Under the pieces are notes generated by a model. It had not been told where the DNA came from. It did no database searches and saw nothing but the letters and a program-made list of their open reading frames with translations. From Eledone cirrhosa (lineage: Eukaryota), in NCBI GenBank assembly GCA_964016885.1, contig OZ024740.1, forward strand, positions 39,990,001 to 40,054,000: a DNA stretch of 64,000 nucleotides, read 5' to 3'. Below are positions 39,501-50,774 of the stretch, in pieces. The number at the start of each line of letters is the position of its first letter. The stretch's first letter is position 1. The position numbers and the translations under genes are program-made.

Positions 39501-42500
39501 TATAGGTACATCTATGGCTGTTGTTAAGGACTTATCATAAAATATAGGTACAGGTATGAGTGTGGTGAAGGACATATCATAAAATATAGGTACAGGTATG
39601 GCTGTAGTTAAGAACTTATCATAAAATATAGTTACAGGTATGACTGTGGTTAAGGGCTTATCATAAAATATAGTTACAGGTATGGCTGTAGATAAGGACT
39701 TATCATAAAATATAGGTACAGGTATGACTGTGGATAAGGACTTATCATAAAATATAATTACAGGTATGGCTATGGTTAAGGACTTATAAAATATAGTTAC
39801 AGGTATGACTGGTTAAGGACTCATCACAAAATATAGTTACAGGTATGGCTGTGGTTAAGGGTTTATCATAAAATATAGTTACAGGTATGACCGTGGTTAA
39901 GGCCTTATCATAAAATATAGTTACAGGTATGACTGTGGTTAAGGACTTATCATAAAATATAGTTACACGTATGAGTGTGGTTAAGGACTTATCATAAAAT
40001 ATAGTTACAGGTATGACTGTGGTTAAGAACTCATCTCAAAATTTAGGTACAGGTATGGCTGCGGTTAAGGGCTTATCATAAAATATAGGTACAGGTATGA
40101 CTGTGGTTAAGGACTTATCATAAAAATAGTTACAGGTATGGATGTGATTAAGGACTTATCGTAAGATATAGTTACAGGTATGGCTGTGGTTAAGGACTTA
40201 TCATAAAATATAGGTACAGGTATGGCTGTGGTTAAGGACTTATCATAAAATATAGGTACAGTTATGGCTGTGGTTAAGGACTTATAAAATATAGTTACAG
40301 ATATGACTGTGGTTAAGGACTTATCATAAAATATAGTTACATGTATGGTTTTGGTTAAGGACTTATCATAAAATATAGGTACAGGTATGACTGTGGTTAA
40401 GGACTTATCATAAAATATAGTTACAGGTATTGCTGTGGTTAAGGGTTTATCATAAAATATAGTTACAGGTATGACTGTGGTTAAGGACTCATCATAAAAT
40501 ATAGTTACAGGTATGGCTGTGGTTAAGGGTTGATCATAAAATATAGTTACAGGTATGGCTGTGGTTAAGGGTTTATTATAAAATATAGTTACAGGTATGG
40601 CTGTGGTTAAGGACTTATCATAAAATATAGGTACAGGTATGGCTGTGGTTAAGGGCTTATCATAAAATATAGGTACAGGTATGACTGTGGTTAAGGGCTT
40701 ATCATAAAATATAGGTACAGGTATGGCTGTGGTTAAGGGCTTATCATAAAATATAGTTACAGGTATGGCTGTGGTTAAGGAATTATTATAAAAGTAGTTA
40801 CAGGTATGGCTGTGATTAAGGACTTATCATAAAATATAGTTACAGGTATGGCTTTGGTTAAGGGCTTATCATAAAATATAGGTACATCTATGGCTGTTGT
40901 TAAGGACTTATCATAAAATATAGGTACAGGTATGAGTGTGGTGAAGGACATATCATAAAATATAGGTACAGGTATGGCTGTAGTTAAGGACTTATCATAA
41001 AATATAGTTACAGGTATGACTGTGGTTAAGGGCTTATCATAAAATATAGTTACAGGTATGGCTGTGGATAAGGACTTATCATAAAATATAGGTACAGGTA
41101 TGACTGTGGATAAGGACTTATCATAAAATATAGGTACAGGTATGACTGTGGATAAGGACTTATCATAAAATATAGGTACAGGTATGGCTGTGGATAAGGA
41201 CTTATCATAAAATATAGGTACAGGTATGACTGTGGATAAGGACTTATCATAAAATATAGGTACAGGTATGGCTGTGGATAAGGACTTATCATAAAATACA
41301 GGTACAGGTATGACTGTGGATAAGGACTTATAAAATATAGGTACAGGTATGGCTGTGGATAAGGACTTATAAAATATAGGTACAGGTATGACTGTGGATA
41401 AGGACTTATCATAAAATATAGGTACAGGTATGGCTGTGGATAAGGACTTATCATAAAACATAGGTACAGGTATGGCTGTGGATAAGGACATCATAAAATA
41501 TAGGTACAGGTATGGCTGTGGTTAAGGACTTATCATAAAATATAGTTGCAGGTATGACTGTGGTTAAGGACTTATCATAAAATATAGGTACAGGTATGGC
41601 TGTGGTTAAGGACTTATCATAAAATATAGGTACAGGTATGGCTGTGGATAAGGACTTATCATAAAATATAGGTACATCTATGGCTGTAGTTAAGGATTTA
41701 TCATAAAATATAGGTACAGGTATGGCTGTGGTTAAGGACTTATCATAAAATATAGGTACAGGTATGACTGTGGTTAAGGACTTATCATAAAATATAGGTA
41801 CAGGTATGGCTGTGGTTAAGGACTTATCATAAAATATAGTTACAGGTATGGCTGTGGTTAAGGACTTATCATAAAATATAGGTACAGGTATGGCTGTGGT
41901 TAAGGGTTTATCATAAAATATAGTTACAGGTATGGCTGTGGATAAGGACTTATCATAAAATATAGTTACAGGTATGGCTGTGGTTAAGGACTTATCATAA
42001 AATATAGTTACAGGTATGGCTGTGGTTAAGGACTTATCATAAAATATAGTTACAGGTATGGCTGTGGTTAAGGACTTATCATAAAATATAGGTACAGGTA
42101 TGGCTGTGGTTAAGGGTTTATCATAAAATATAGTTACAGGTATGGCTGTGGATAAGGACTTATCATAAAATATAGTTACAGGTATGGCTGTGGTTAAGGA
42201 CTTATCATAAAATACAGTTACAGGTATGGCTGTGGATAAGGACTTATCATAAAATATAGGTACAGGTATGACTGTGGTTAAGGACTTATCATAAAATATA
42301 GGTACAGGTATGACCGTGGTTAAGGGCTTATCATAAAATATAGTTACAGGTATGGCTGTGGTTAAGAGCTTATCATAAAATATAGTTACAGGTATGGCTG
42401 TGGTTAAGGACTTATCATAAAATATAGTTACAGGTATGGCTGTGGTTAAGGGCTTATCATAAAATATAGTTACAGGTATGGCTGTGGTTAAGGACTTATC

Positions 42501-45500
42501 ATAAAATATAGGTACAGGTATGACTGTGGTTAAGGACTTATCATAAAATATAGGTACAGGTATGACCGTGGTTAAGGGCTTATCATAAAATATAGTTACA
42601 AGTATGGCTGTGGTTAAGAGCTTATCATAAAATATAGGTACAGGTATGACTGTGGTTAAGGACTTATCATAAAATATAGTTACAGGTATGGCTGTGGTTA
42701 AGGGTTTATCATAAAATATAGTTACAGGTATGACTGTGGTTAAGGACTCATCATAAAATATAGTTACAGGTATGGCTGTGGTTAAGGGTTGATCATAAAA
42801 TATAGTTACAGGTATGGCTGTGGTTAAGGGTTTATTATAAAATATAGTTACAGGTATGGCTGTGGTTAAGGACTTATCATAAAATATAGGTACAGGTATG
42901 GCTGTGGTTAAGGGCTTATCATAAAATATAGGTACAGGTATGATTGTGGTTAAGGGCTTATCATAAAATATAGGTACAGGTATGGCTGTGGTTAAGGGCT
43001 TATCATAAAATATAGTTACAGGTATGGCTGTGGTTAAGGAATTATTATAAAAGTAGTTACAGGTATGGCTGTGATTAAGGACTTATCATAAAATATAGTT
43101 ACAGGTATGGCTTTGGTTAAGGGCTTATCATAAAATATAGGTACATCTATGGCTGTTGTTAAGGACTTATCATAAAATATAGGTACAGGTATGAGTGTGG
43201 TGAAGGACATATCATAAAATATAGGTACAGGTATGGCTGTGGATAAGGACTTATCATAAAATATAGTTACAGGTATGACTGTGGTTAAGGGCTTATCATA
43301 AAATATAGTTACAGGTATGGCTGTGGTTAAGGACTTATCATAAAATATAGGTACAGGTATGGCTGTGGTTAAGGACTTATCATAAAATATAGTTACAGGT
43401 ATGGCTGTGGTTAAGGACTTATCATAAAATATAGGTACAGGTATGGCTGTGGATAAGGACTTATCATAAAATATAGGTACATCTATGGCTGTAGTTAAGG
43501 ATTTATCATAAAATATAGGTACAGGTATGGCTGTGGTTAAGGACTTATCATAAAATATAGGTACAGGTATGACTGTGGTTAAGGACTTATCATAAAATAT
43601 AGGTACAGGTATGGCTGTGGTTAAGGACTTATCATAAAATATAGTTACAGGTATGGCTGTGGTTAAGGACTTATCATAAAATATAGGTACAGGTATGGCT
43701 GTGGTTAAGGGTTTATCATAAAATATAGTTACAGGTATGGCTGTGGTTAAGGACTTATCATAAAATATAGGTACAGGTATGGCTGTGGTTAAGGACTTAT
43801 CATAAAATATAGTTACAGGTATGGCTGTGGATAAGGACTTATCATAAAATATAGTTACAGGTATGGCTGTGGTTAAGGGCTTATCATAAAATATAGGTAC
43901 AGGTATGACTGTGGATAAGGACTTATCATAAAATATAGGTACAGGTATGACTGTGGTTAAGAACTTATCATAAAATATAGTTACAGGTATGGCTGTGGTT
44001 AAGAGCTTATCATAAAATATAGTTACAGGTATGGCTTTGGTTAAGGGCTTATCATAAAATATAGTTACAGGTATGGCTTTGGTTAAGGGCTTATCATAAA
44101 ATATAGTTACAGGTATGGCTGTGGTTAAGAGCTTATCATAAAATATAGTTACAGGTATGGCTTTGGTTAAGGGCTTATCATAAAATATAGTTACAGGTAT
44201 GGCTGTGGTTAAGGACTTATCATAAAATATAGTTACAGGTATGGCTTTGGTTAAGGGCTTATCATAAAATATAGGTACATCTATGGCTGTCGTTAAGGAC
44301 TTATCATAAAATATAGGTACAGGTATGGCTGTGGTTAAGGACTTATCATAAAATATAGTTACAGGTATGGCTTTGGTTAAGGGCTTATCATAAAATATAG
44401 TTACAGGTATGGCTTTGGTTAAGGGCTTATCATAAAATATAGTTACAGGTATGGCTGTGGTTAAGGACTTATCATAAAATATAGTTACAGGTATGGCTTT
44501 GGTTAAGGGCTTATCATAAAATATAGGTACATCTATGGCTGTCGTTAAGGACTTATCATAAAATATAGTTACAGGTATGGCTTTGGTTAAGGGCTTATCA
44601 TAAAATATAGGTACATCTATGGCTGTCGTTAAGGACTTACCATAAAATATAGTTACAGGTATGGCTTTGGTTAAGGGCTTATCATAAAATATAGTTACAG
44701 GTATGGCTTTGGTTAAGGGCTTATCATAAAATATAGTTACAGGTATGGCTGTGGTTAAGGACTTATCATAAAATATAGTTACAGGTAATGGCTTTGGTTA
44801 AGGGCTTATCATAAAATATAGGTACATCTATGGCTGTCGTTAAGGACTTATCATAAAATATAGGTACAGGTATGAGTGTGGATAAGGACTTATCATAAAA
44901 TATAGGTACAGGTATGACTGTGGTTAAGGACTTATCATAAAATATAGTTACAGTTATGGCTGTGGCTAAGGACTTATCATAAAATATAGTTACAGTTATG
45001 GCTGTGGTTAAGGACTTATCATAAAATATAGTTACAGGTATGGCTGTGGTTAAGGACTTATCATAAAATATAGTTACAGTTATGGCTGTTGTTAAGGACT
45101 TATCATAAAATATAGTTACAGGTATGGCTGTGGTTAAGGACTTATCATAAAATATAGTTACAGTTATGGCTGTGGTTAAGGACTTATCATAAAATATAGT
45201 TACAGGTATGGCTGTGGTTAAGGACTTATCATAAAATATAGTTACAGTTATGGCTGTGGTTAAGGACTTATCATAAAATATAGTTACAGGTATGGCTGTG
45301 GTTAAGGACTTATCATAAAATATAGGTACAGTTATGGCTGTGGTTAAGGACTTATCATAAAATATAGTTACAGGTATGGCTGTGGTTAAGGACTTATCAT
45401 AAAATATAGGTACAGTTATGGCTGTGGTTAAGAACTGTTTCTTTCTATTAGTTTCACATTTAACATCAATGGCAGTAACATAAAACGCCCCTCAGGCAAC

Positions 45501-45832
45501 TCAACAGTTAGAAAATATTCATATCTTAATTGAAAATAATTGAGGGTTGACATCAGGATGGGCGACCAGCAGAGAATTCTGTCTAAATCCCTAAACTAGG
45601 CCAGCATGGAAAACAAACGTAAAAACAGTAATGAGTATGATAGTAATTACTGTTGAAAGACCGAATATCAAATTTTTATTCATATATATATTTTCTATCT
45701 CTCGGTTTGGAGAAGTGGCGGCTCTATTCTGAATTACACTCTTCAGTGGAACCCCTTCTTGACCGCTTGTATGTAATGGTTTGCACAAATACTGAACTGA
45801 AAATAGTGAATTTGGCTTTTACACCTACATCT

Positions 45833-46078
45833 GGACATGTGGTTAGAATGTCTCAGGAAGGAATTGCTGGACAGGTTTTACGGGCAAAACCAACTGGCAG
45901 GAGAGCTAGTGGTAGATCCCGAGCAAAATGGTTGGATAACATCCATGAGTTTAGCTGGCCTCGCTTGGGAATTCAGCCGAATCAGTTGGTGATGGTTGGT
46001 TTTTGACAAGACCTGCTGGAAGCAATACTTGAAGACCCTGTCCCCACAACCCTCCCAAGAATAAGTGGGCGAAGAAGA
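45833..46078 (+). mobile_element. old RTE 3' fragment, Rex3/Expander-like
   Basis: GHVVRMSQE...QVLRAKPTGRRASGRSRAKWLDNI...WPRLGIQP, followed by CTGTCCCCACAACCC...ATAAGTGG terminus; distinct from families A-C. Confidence 0.7.
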
Positions 46079-46313
46079 TTTTTTTTTGTATGTTTTATTT
46101 TTCTTAGTCCAAAGAATATTAGCTGTCAATAAAACAATTATTATTTGAGAATTCATTCCACTTGTATTTGTGGGGAAAATCAGTTTGTTGCTAATGTTGA
46201 AATCTTTCTTTAATGAAATAAGTACAATATTCATTTTCAAGAAAGATATTTTTGTATTTATATATATATTGCATATAAACATGAAACACATTTAAATTAT
46301 GTGTTTGTCATTT

Positions 46314-46503
46314 CATGATAGGACTGGTGTCCCTTATCATTAAAACACCCAATAAACTTCCTATAAGATACAGCCTTAAGGGAAACCAACTAAACCTACA
46401 TAGATGTGAGCTGTAACTACATGATAGGACTGCAGCCTCCTATTATTAAAACACCCATGAAACCTATAATATATAACCTTGTGGGAGGTCAGCTTAACCT
46501 ACA
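46314..46503. repeat. two diverged tandem copies of a ~105-bp unit
   Basis: CATGATAGGACTG...TTAAAACACCCA...AACCTACA occurs twice. Confidence 0.65.
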
Positions 46504-46742
46504 CGTAAAAATAGCAACAACATTAATCTGTTGAATTGTTTGTCTAAGTTTTGAGCCACAATACTCATTGAATTTCTGCAACTTCAGCAAAACATAAGAG
46601 AATGCTGAATTTCTTTTAATATTGTTTTTTCTGAAATCCATGATAAATTTTGAGGCTGGAGGTTGTGTTAGTTAACATTTATTTTAAGGACGAGTTAACT
46701 CCCTTAGTTAAGCAGGTTGTTGGAGATGGTCTTTGTTTTTAG

Positions 46743-46948
46743 TATACTCGAATATAAGTTGAAGAATATGTGACCGACCAAAAAAAATCGATGGTGAAAA
46801 GGGTGAGGTGGGAGTGGGGATCGGCTTATATACGCCTTCTAAACAGTGTGTTGATTAGCTACCTCAGCTTATAAATGAGGTTTAGATTTTTGTCCATTTC
46901 TCGAAACATAAAATGAGGTGAGAGGGGGACAGCTTATATTCAAGTATA
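46743..46948. mobile_element. Tc2/pogo-like MITE remnant
   Basis: Inverted termini TATACTCGAATATAAG ... CTTATATTCAAGTATA, with internal GCTTATA subterminal repeats. Confidence 0.6.
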
Positions 46949-47242
46949 TATTTTATTTCAAAATATTTGTTTTCTACAGAAAATCATATTTTCTGAAAGC
47001 AGTTACACTTTAAATTTCAAATATGTTTATAACCAAGAGATTGTGCTACAAAAGAAATGTTTTTTATCTAAAGATAAAAAAACAACCTTGCTAAATGAAG
47101 CTAGCCAAAGCTATCCCCAAATAACAGCAACAATATTTATAAAATAGAGATAAATTGTTATTGTTCACTACCTTTATTTATATTTCATAGTTGCTAAACT
47201 CAGGGAATCAGACAGCCAGTTGCCTCTGAAATGCTTTTTTTA

Positions 47243-47288
47243 CATGCTAGCGTGGAAAATGGACGTTAAACGAAGATGATGATGATGA
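47243..47288 (+). mobile_element. extremely 5'-truncated RTE/SINE terminus
   Basis: CATGCTAGCGTGGAAAATGGACGTTAAACG followed by (GAT)n. Confidence 0.8.
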
Positions 47289-47307
47289 TTTATCAACACT
47301 TATTAAT

Positions 47308-47468
47308 GATCTCTGGAAAACCAATCACTGTCAATATAGGAATTATAATTAAGAACTCCATGGATATTTTATAGTGATCTGAAAATCAATCACTGCTAAT
47401 ATAGGAGTTATAGTTAAGAACTCTATTGATGTTTTAGAGTAATCTCCTGGAAACAAAACATTGTCAAC
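47308..47468. repeat. about 2.4 tandem copies of a ~66-bp unit
   Basis: GATCT...GAAAA(C/T)CAATCACTG...AATATAGGA(A/G)TTATA(A/G)TTAAGAACTC repeated. Confidence 0.7.
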
Positions 47469-47708
47469 CCTATACATATGCAGGCATTTAATTTCTTACA
47501 CTTTCTCTTGAATTATAAACTGCTTACTTCCAACTGTCTTTTGGCTACAAAACCCTTATTCTTATTCAATATTGTTAAATAATAGGTCCTAATATTATTT
47601 TTGAGGTGTATTGTGTAGTTCTGAAATTTATTGTAGACTTATAAGTTATGATTTTAGATTGGACAAAATCTAAAAAGAATTTATTGATAATAATTTTGGT
47701 TTTAATAG

Positions 47709-47943
47709 CAAAAACGTAAACGTATTCGAGTCGCATCCGATGATGATGATAGTGACCGTGAAGATGAAGAAAGTAAAACTGATGCTCAAATGCGAGAAAT
47801 TGCCAACACATTATTTGATGATGACGAAGAAGAAGAAGATGATGCTGCAGAGGATAGTGCAGTACCAGCAAGTGAACGAGAAGAAGAACCAAAGAAAGAT
47901 GATCTGGCACTTGATCTGGAAGGATCTGATGAAGAAGAATCAG
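47709..47943 (+). CDS. SUPT6H: SPT6 coding exon (acidic N-terminal region)
   Basis: aatag|CAA...TCAG|gtattt; QKRKRIRVASDDDD...REIANTLFDDDEEEE...GSDEEES; continues the previous exon in phase 0. Confidence 0.92.
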
Positions 47944-47989
47944 GTATTTTGTCTGTTCGTTAAGCTATCACTTATATTAATTTTTAACA

Positions 47990-48095
47990 GATGCAGGCAT
48001 GAGTGTGTTGTGTGGTTTGCTTCCCAACCACATGATCTCAGTTTCTATCCCAATGTGTTAGTGAATTTGGCAGGTGGAAACTTTTATGAAGCCTG

Positions 48096-48148
<53 letters not shown>

Positions 48149-48150
48149 AA
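47990..48150 (+). mobile_element. degenerate SINE family 2 plus (TA)n microsatellite
   Basis: GCAGGCATG...TTGCTTCCCAACCACATG...GTGAATTTGG...GGAAAC...GAAGCC then (TA)n at about 48097-48138. Confidence 0.65.
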
Positions 48151-48537
48151 TGAAACAGTCTTAAATTCATTACATTTTCTATAAAAAAAAGCTTCACTAA
48201 GAAATATTTTAAAATATTTATCAATCCTGTATTATTTGAATCTGAAATTTTCAGATTATAGTAAATCTGTAAATAGTGGTATTTTATAAACTTTTTGTTA
48301 AGACTGAGAATAATAGTTGTCATTAAAATTATGATTAGATTATTAATACTATAAAGAACATAAGACCAATAAGGCAGATAATCTAAGAATTGTATGATGA
48401 TTCTGTATAACTATTTGATTGGATTATATTGAATTTTAATGAAAACGAGCAAAAGCCAGAAATCCTTAGCTGTTAAAATATAATTTTAATAAACGAAATA
48501 CATTTTGTTTGAAGCTATTTATTTTTTTCTTTTAAAG

Positions 48538-48619
48538 ATATTGATGATTTTATTGTTGATGAAGAAGGCCAACCAATTAGTAAAGGAAAGAAGAAAAAGC
48601 CTGTTATACACACTGATAA
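48538..48619 (+). CDS. SUPT6H: SPT6 coding exon
   Basis: tttaaag|AT...GATAA|gtaagt; (D)IDDFIVDEEGQPISKGKKKKPVIHTD. Confidence 0.93.
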
Positions 48620-48893
48620 GTAAGTAGTACTTTTAATAGATTTTTCATTGTTTTCTTGTTATCAAAGCAGTGATTCTTTCTTACATTGAGGCTACAAAAT
48701 GATTCAACAACAGAAATTTTAGCTCATTTACAGTTTCCTTTGTTTTCCATTTTTTCTTTGGCCTTCTCTTTTTTTTATCTCTCTGTCTTGTTTTTGTTTC
48801 TTAACTGTATAAATACTCCCTTAGTCATGACTTACTAGCTATATATGGATGTTAAAATTTGATTAAATAAATACAATTATTCATATATTTCAG

Positions 48894-48993
48894 ATCATTA
48901 CAAATTGCTCAAGATATTTTCGGTGTTGATTTTGACTTTGCCGATTTAGACAAATATGAAGAGGATGAGGATGAAGAAGATTATGAAGATGAG
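48894..48993 (+). CDS. SUPT6H: SPT6 coding exon
   Basis: tttcag|A...GAG|gtaggt; (K)SLQIAQDIFGVDFDFADLDKYEEDEDEEDYEDE. Confidence 0.94.
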
Positions 48994-49532
48994 GTAGGTT
49001 TCGTAACAGTAATTTTAGTGGCTCATTTGAAAAGTTAATGCAGAAAAGTTTCAACAGAGATGTGTGTTTATGTATTTTATAGACATTTTTATAATTAAAA
49101 CAGTCAGCTTCTCATTCTGGAAAACTTGAGTTATTCAATGAAATTTAGAAACTATTTTAGAATTTGCTGTGACATTTGAAATAACTTTATTAGTTTAAGC
49201 TGGTATTTGGAGCATAACTTCAAGAAAAGTTCTAAATTCAAATTATAATGGAAGTTTTTAATCAAAATATGAACACTTATTAGGTTTTATATTTTAAAAT
49301 CAGATATTTCTAACATCATAATTGTTAAATAAAGAACTCCTAATAAGATTTAAAAAAAAAAAAATCTAAAACTCTATCAAATATTTTGCTTCTTATATTG
49401 GACGAAATACATGACAAATCTGAAAATACTAATGAGAATGTATCTAATTTCTAGTTGAAAGTTGTTTTGATTATAAGAGTATTTCATTATTTGGGTTTGA
49501 TATGTGTCTAACAGTTTTATTAAATGTTACAG

Positions 49533-49619
49533 TATGAAGAAGATATGGAAGAAGGTGAAGCTGCTCTGAAAACAAAGAAGGCTGGACGCAAACGAACTAC
49601 AAAGAAAAGTATATATGAG
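49533..49619 (+). CDS. SUPT6H: SPT6 coding exon
   Basis: ttacag|TAT...GAG|gtaata; YEEDMEEGEAALKTKKAGRKRTTKKSIYE. Confidence 0.92.
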
Positions 49620-49687
49620 GTAATATTAGTTTCTCTGCAATTTATGGAAAGGTTTTGGTTTGATAAAACTATAAATTATCTTAGAAA

Positions 49688-49885
49688 ATGTAGGAATACT
49701 AAACACAGTTGATTGTTATAAACAATAGCTTAGAAAATTGGATAAAGTACCCTTATAGACAGGGAAAATGGCCAGCAATTGGCCATATTTTTTCAAATAT
49801 AGGGGTACTTTACCCAGTTTTCTAAGTTATTTTTTAAAGCAATCAACTGTAGTTACAGTTGTTTTCTATGTTCAAGATTCCTACA
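49688..49885. repeat. long imperfect inverted repeat (MITE-like hairpin)
   Basis: Nested arms: ATGTAGGAAT/ATTCCTACAT, ACAGTTGATTG/CAATCAACTGT, CTTAGAAAATTGGATAAAGTACCCTTATA/TATAGGGGTACTTTACCCAGTTTTCTAAG, ATGGCCA/TGGCCAT. Confidence 0.85.
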
Positions 49886-50048
49886 TCTTATAATGTTTAA
49901 CCCAAAGCTTTGATACTTTATATATATATGTGATATTTTTTTTTTTATTAAAAATTAAAATCTATTAATAGAATGTTTGGAATTTTTTGGCATTTAATAT
50001 GGATCATGTGTATGTTTTTATACTAAAAATATTTTCATTTTTCTTTAG

Positions 50049-50135
50049 ATTTATGAACCAAGTGAATTAGAGAGAGGGCACTTTACTGATCTTGATAATG
50101 AAATTAGGACTGTAGATGTGCCTGAAAGGTTCCAG
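50049..50135 (+). CDS. SUPT6H: SPT6 coding exon
   Basis: ctttag|ATT...CAG|gtgagt; [29 protein letters not shown]. Confidence 0.96.
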
Positions 50136-50227
50136 GTGAGTGGAAATTTTATAGAAATACATTTTTGCATTGTAAACTTTGTATGAAATTTATTATTAAT
50201 AATATTATGATTATATATATAAATAAA

Positions 50228-50525
50228 TGGTGGGTTGGTAGTATTGGTAGAGCATTGGACGTTTTGTGGCATATAGTTATGGCTCTTAATGTTCTGAGTT
50301 CAAATCCCGGCCTTATGGGGTCAATAAGATAAAGTACCAATAATGCCATGGAGTCAATTAAATTAACTTGCCCCTCCCTCCTCTAAAATGTTGGCCTTGT
50401 GCCTAAATCAGAAACCATTATTATCGAGGTTAACTTTGCCTTTCATCCTTACGGGGTCGATAAAATAAAGTACCAGTAATGTACTGGGTAATTTCTGGCC
50501 TTGTGCCAATAGTAGAAACAATTAT
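50228..50525 (+). mobile_element. tRNA-derived SINE family 3: one degenerate copy plus a second 3' half
   Basis: TTCTGAGTTCAAATCC B-box, TTTGCCTTTCATCC, GGGGTC(A/G)ATAA..TAAAGTACCA and GGCCTTGTGCC..AGAAAC(ATT)n, the latter two twice; an inverted relic lies at about 63860-63985. Confidence 0.7.
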
Positions 50526-50774
50526 TATATATATAAATCTGTATGATAGTTTTATATTGTTATTATATATATAAATTTATATGGTAATATTATTATTATT
50601 GTAGTGTTATATATATATAATTCACATGGTAATATTATCAAGTCTATTAGCTTATGATTTGTGTGGCAGTCTGGTGGAAGCAATAAGATGCTGGACAAAA
50701 TACCTTTACAATATTGTTAATCCTACCCAGTTCAAGTTTACCTTTCATTGTTATTGGTTCAATAAAATAGATGT

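Larger units (their letters stand above)
6396..45433. repeat. ~39-kb satellite array of a 42-bp monomer (roughly 780 monomers, estimated) within an SPT6 intron
   Basis: Consensus GTATGGCTGTGGTTAAGGACTTATCATAAAATATAGTTACAG; 39-, 40- and 41-bp indel variants; interrupted by 1 SINE and 15 RTE 3'-end inserts. Confidence 0.99.

Noticed and set aside
6999-41494. Long minus-strand ORFs of 14-aa repeats (YDKSLTTAIPVTIF), up to 383 aa
   Set aside because: A 42-bp unit with one stop-free frame gives such ORFs automatically. They are broken by 40- and 41-bp monomers, start inside antisense LINE sequence, and lie antisense within an SPT6 intron.
6396-45433. CRISPR-like array or repeat-spacer system
   Set aside because: Monomers abut with no unique spacers, the inserts are copies of LINE ends, there are no cas genes, and the context is a spliced eukaryotic gene.
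47740-48153. 137-aa Met/Lys-rich ORF
   Set aside because: Out-of-frame reading of the acidic SPT6 exon running on into a SINE and (TA)n.
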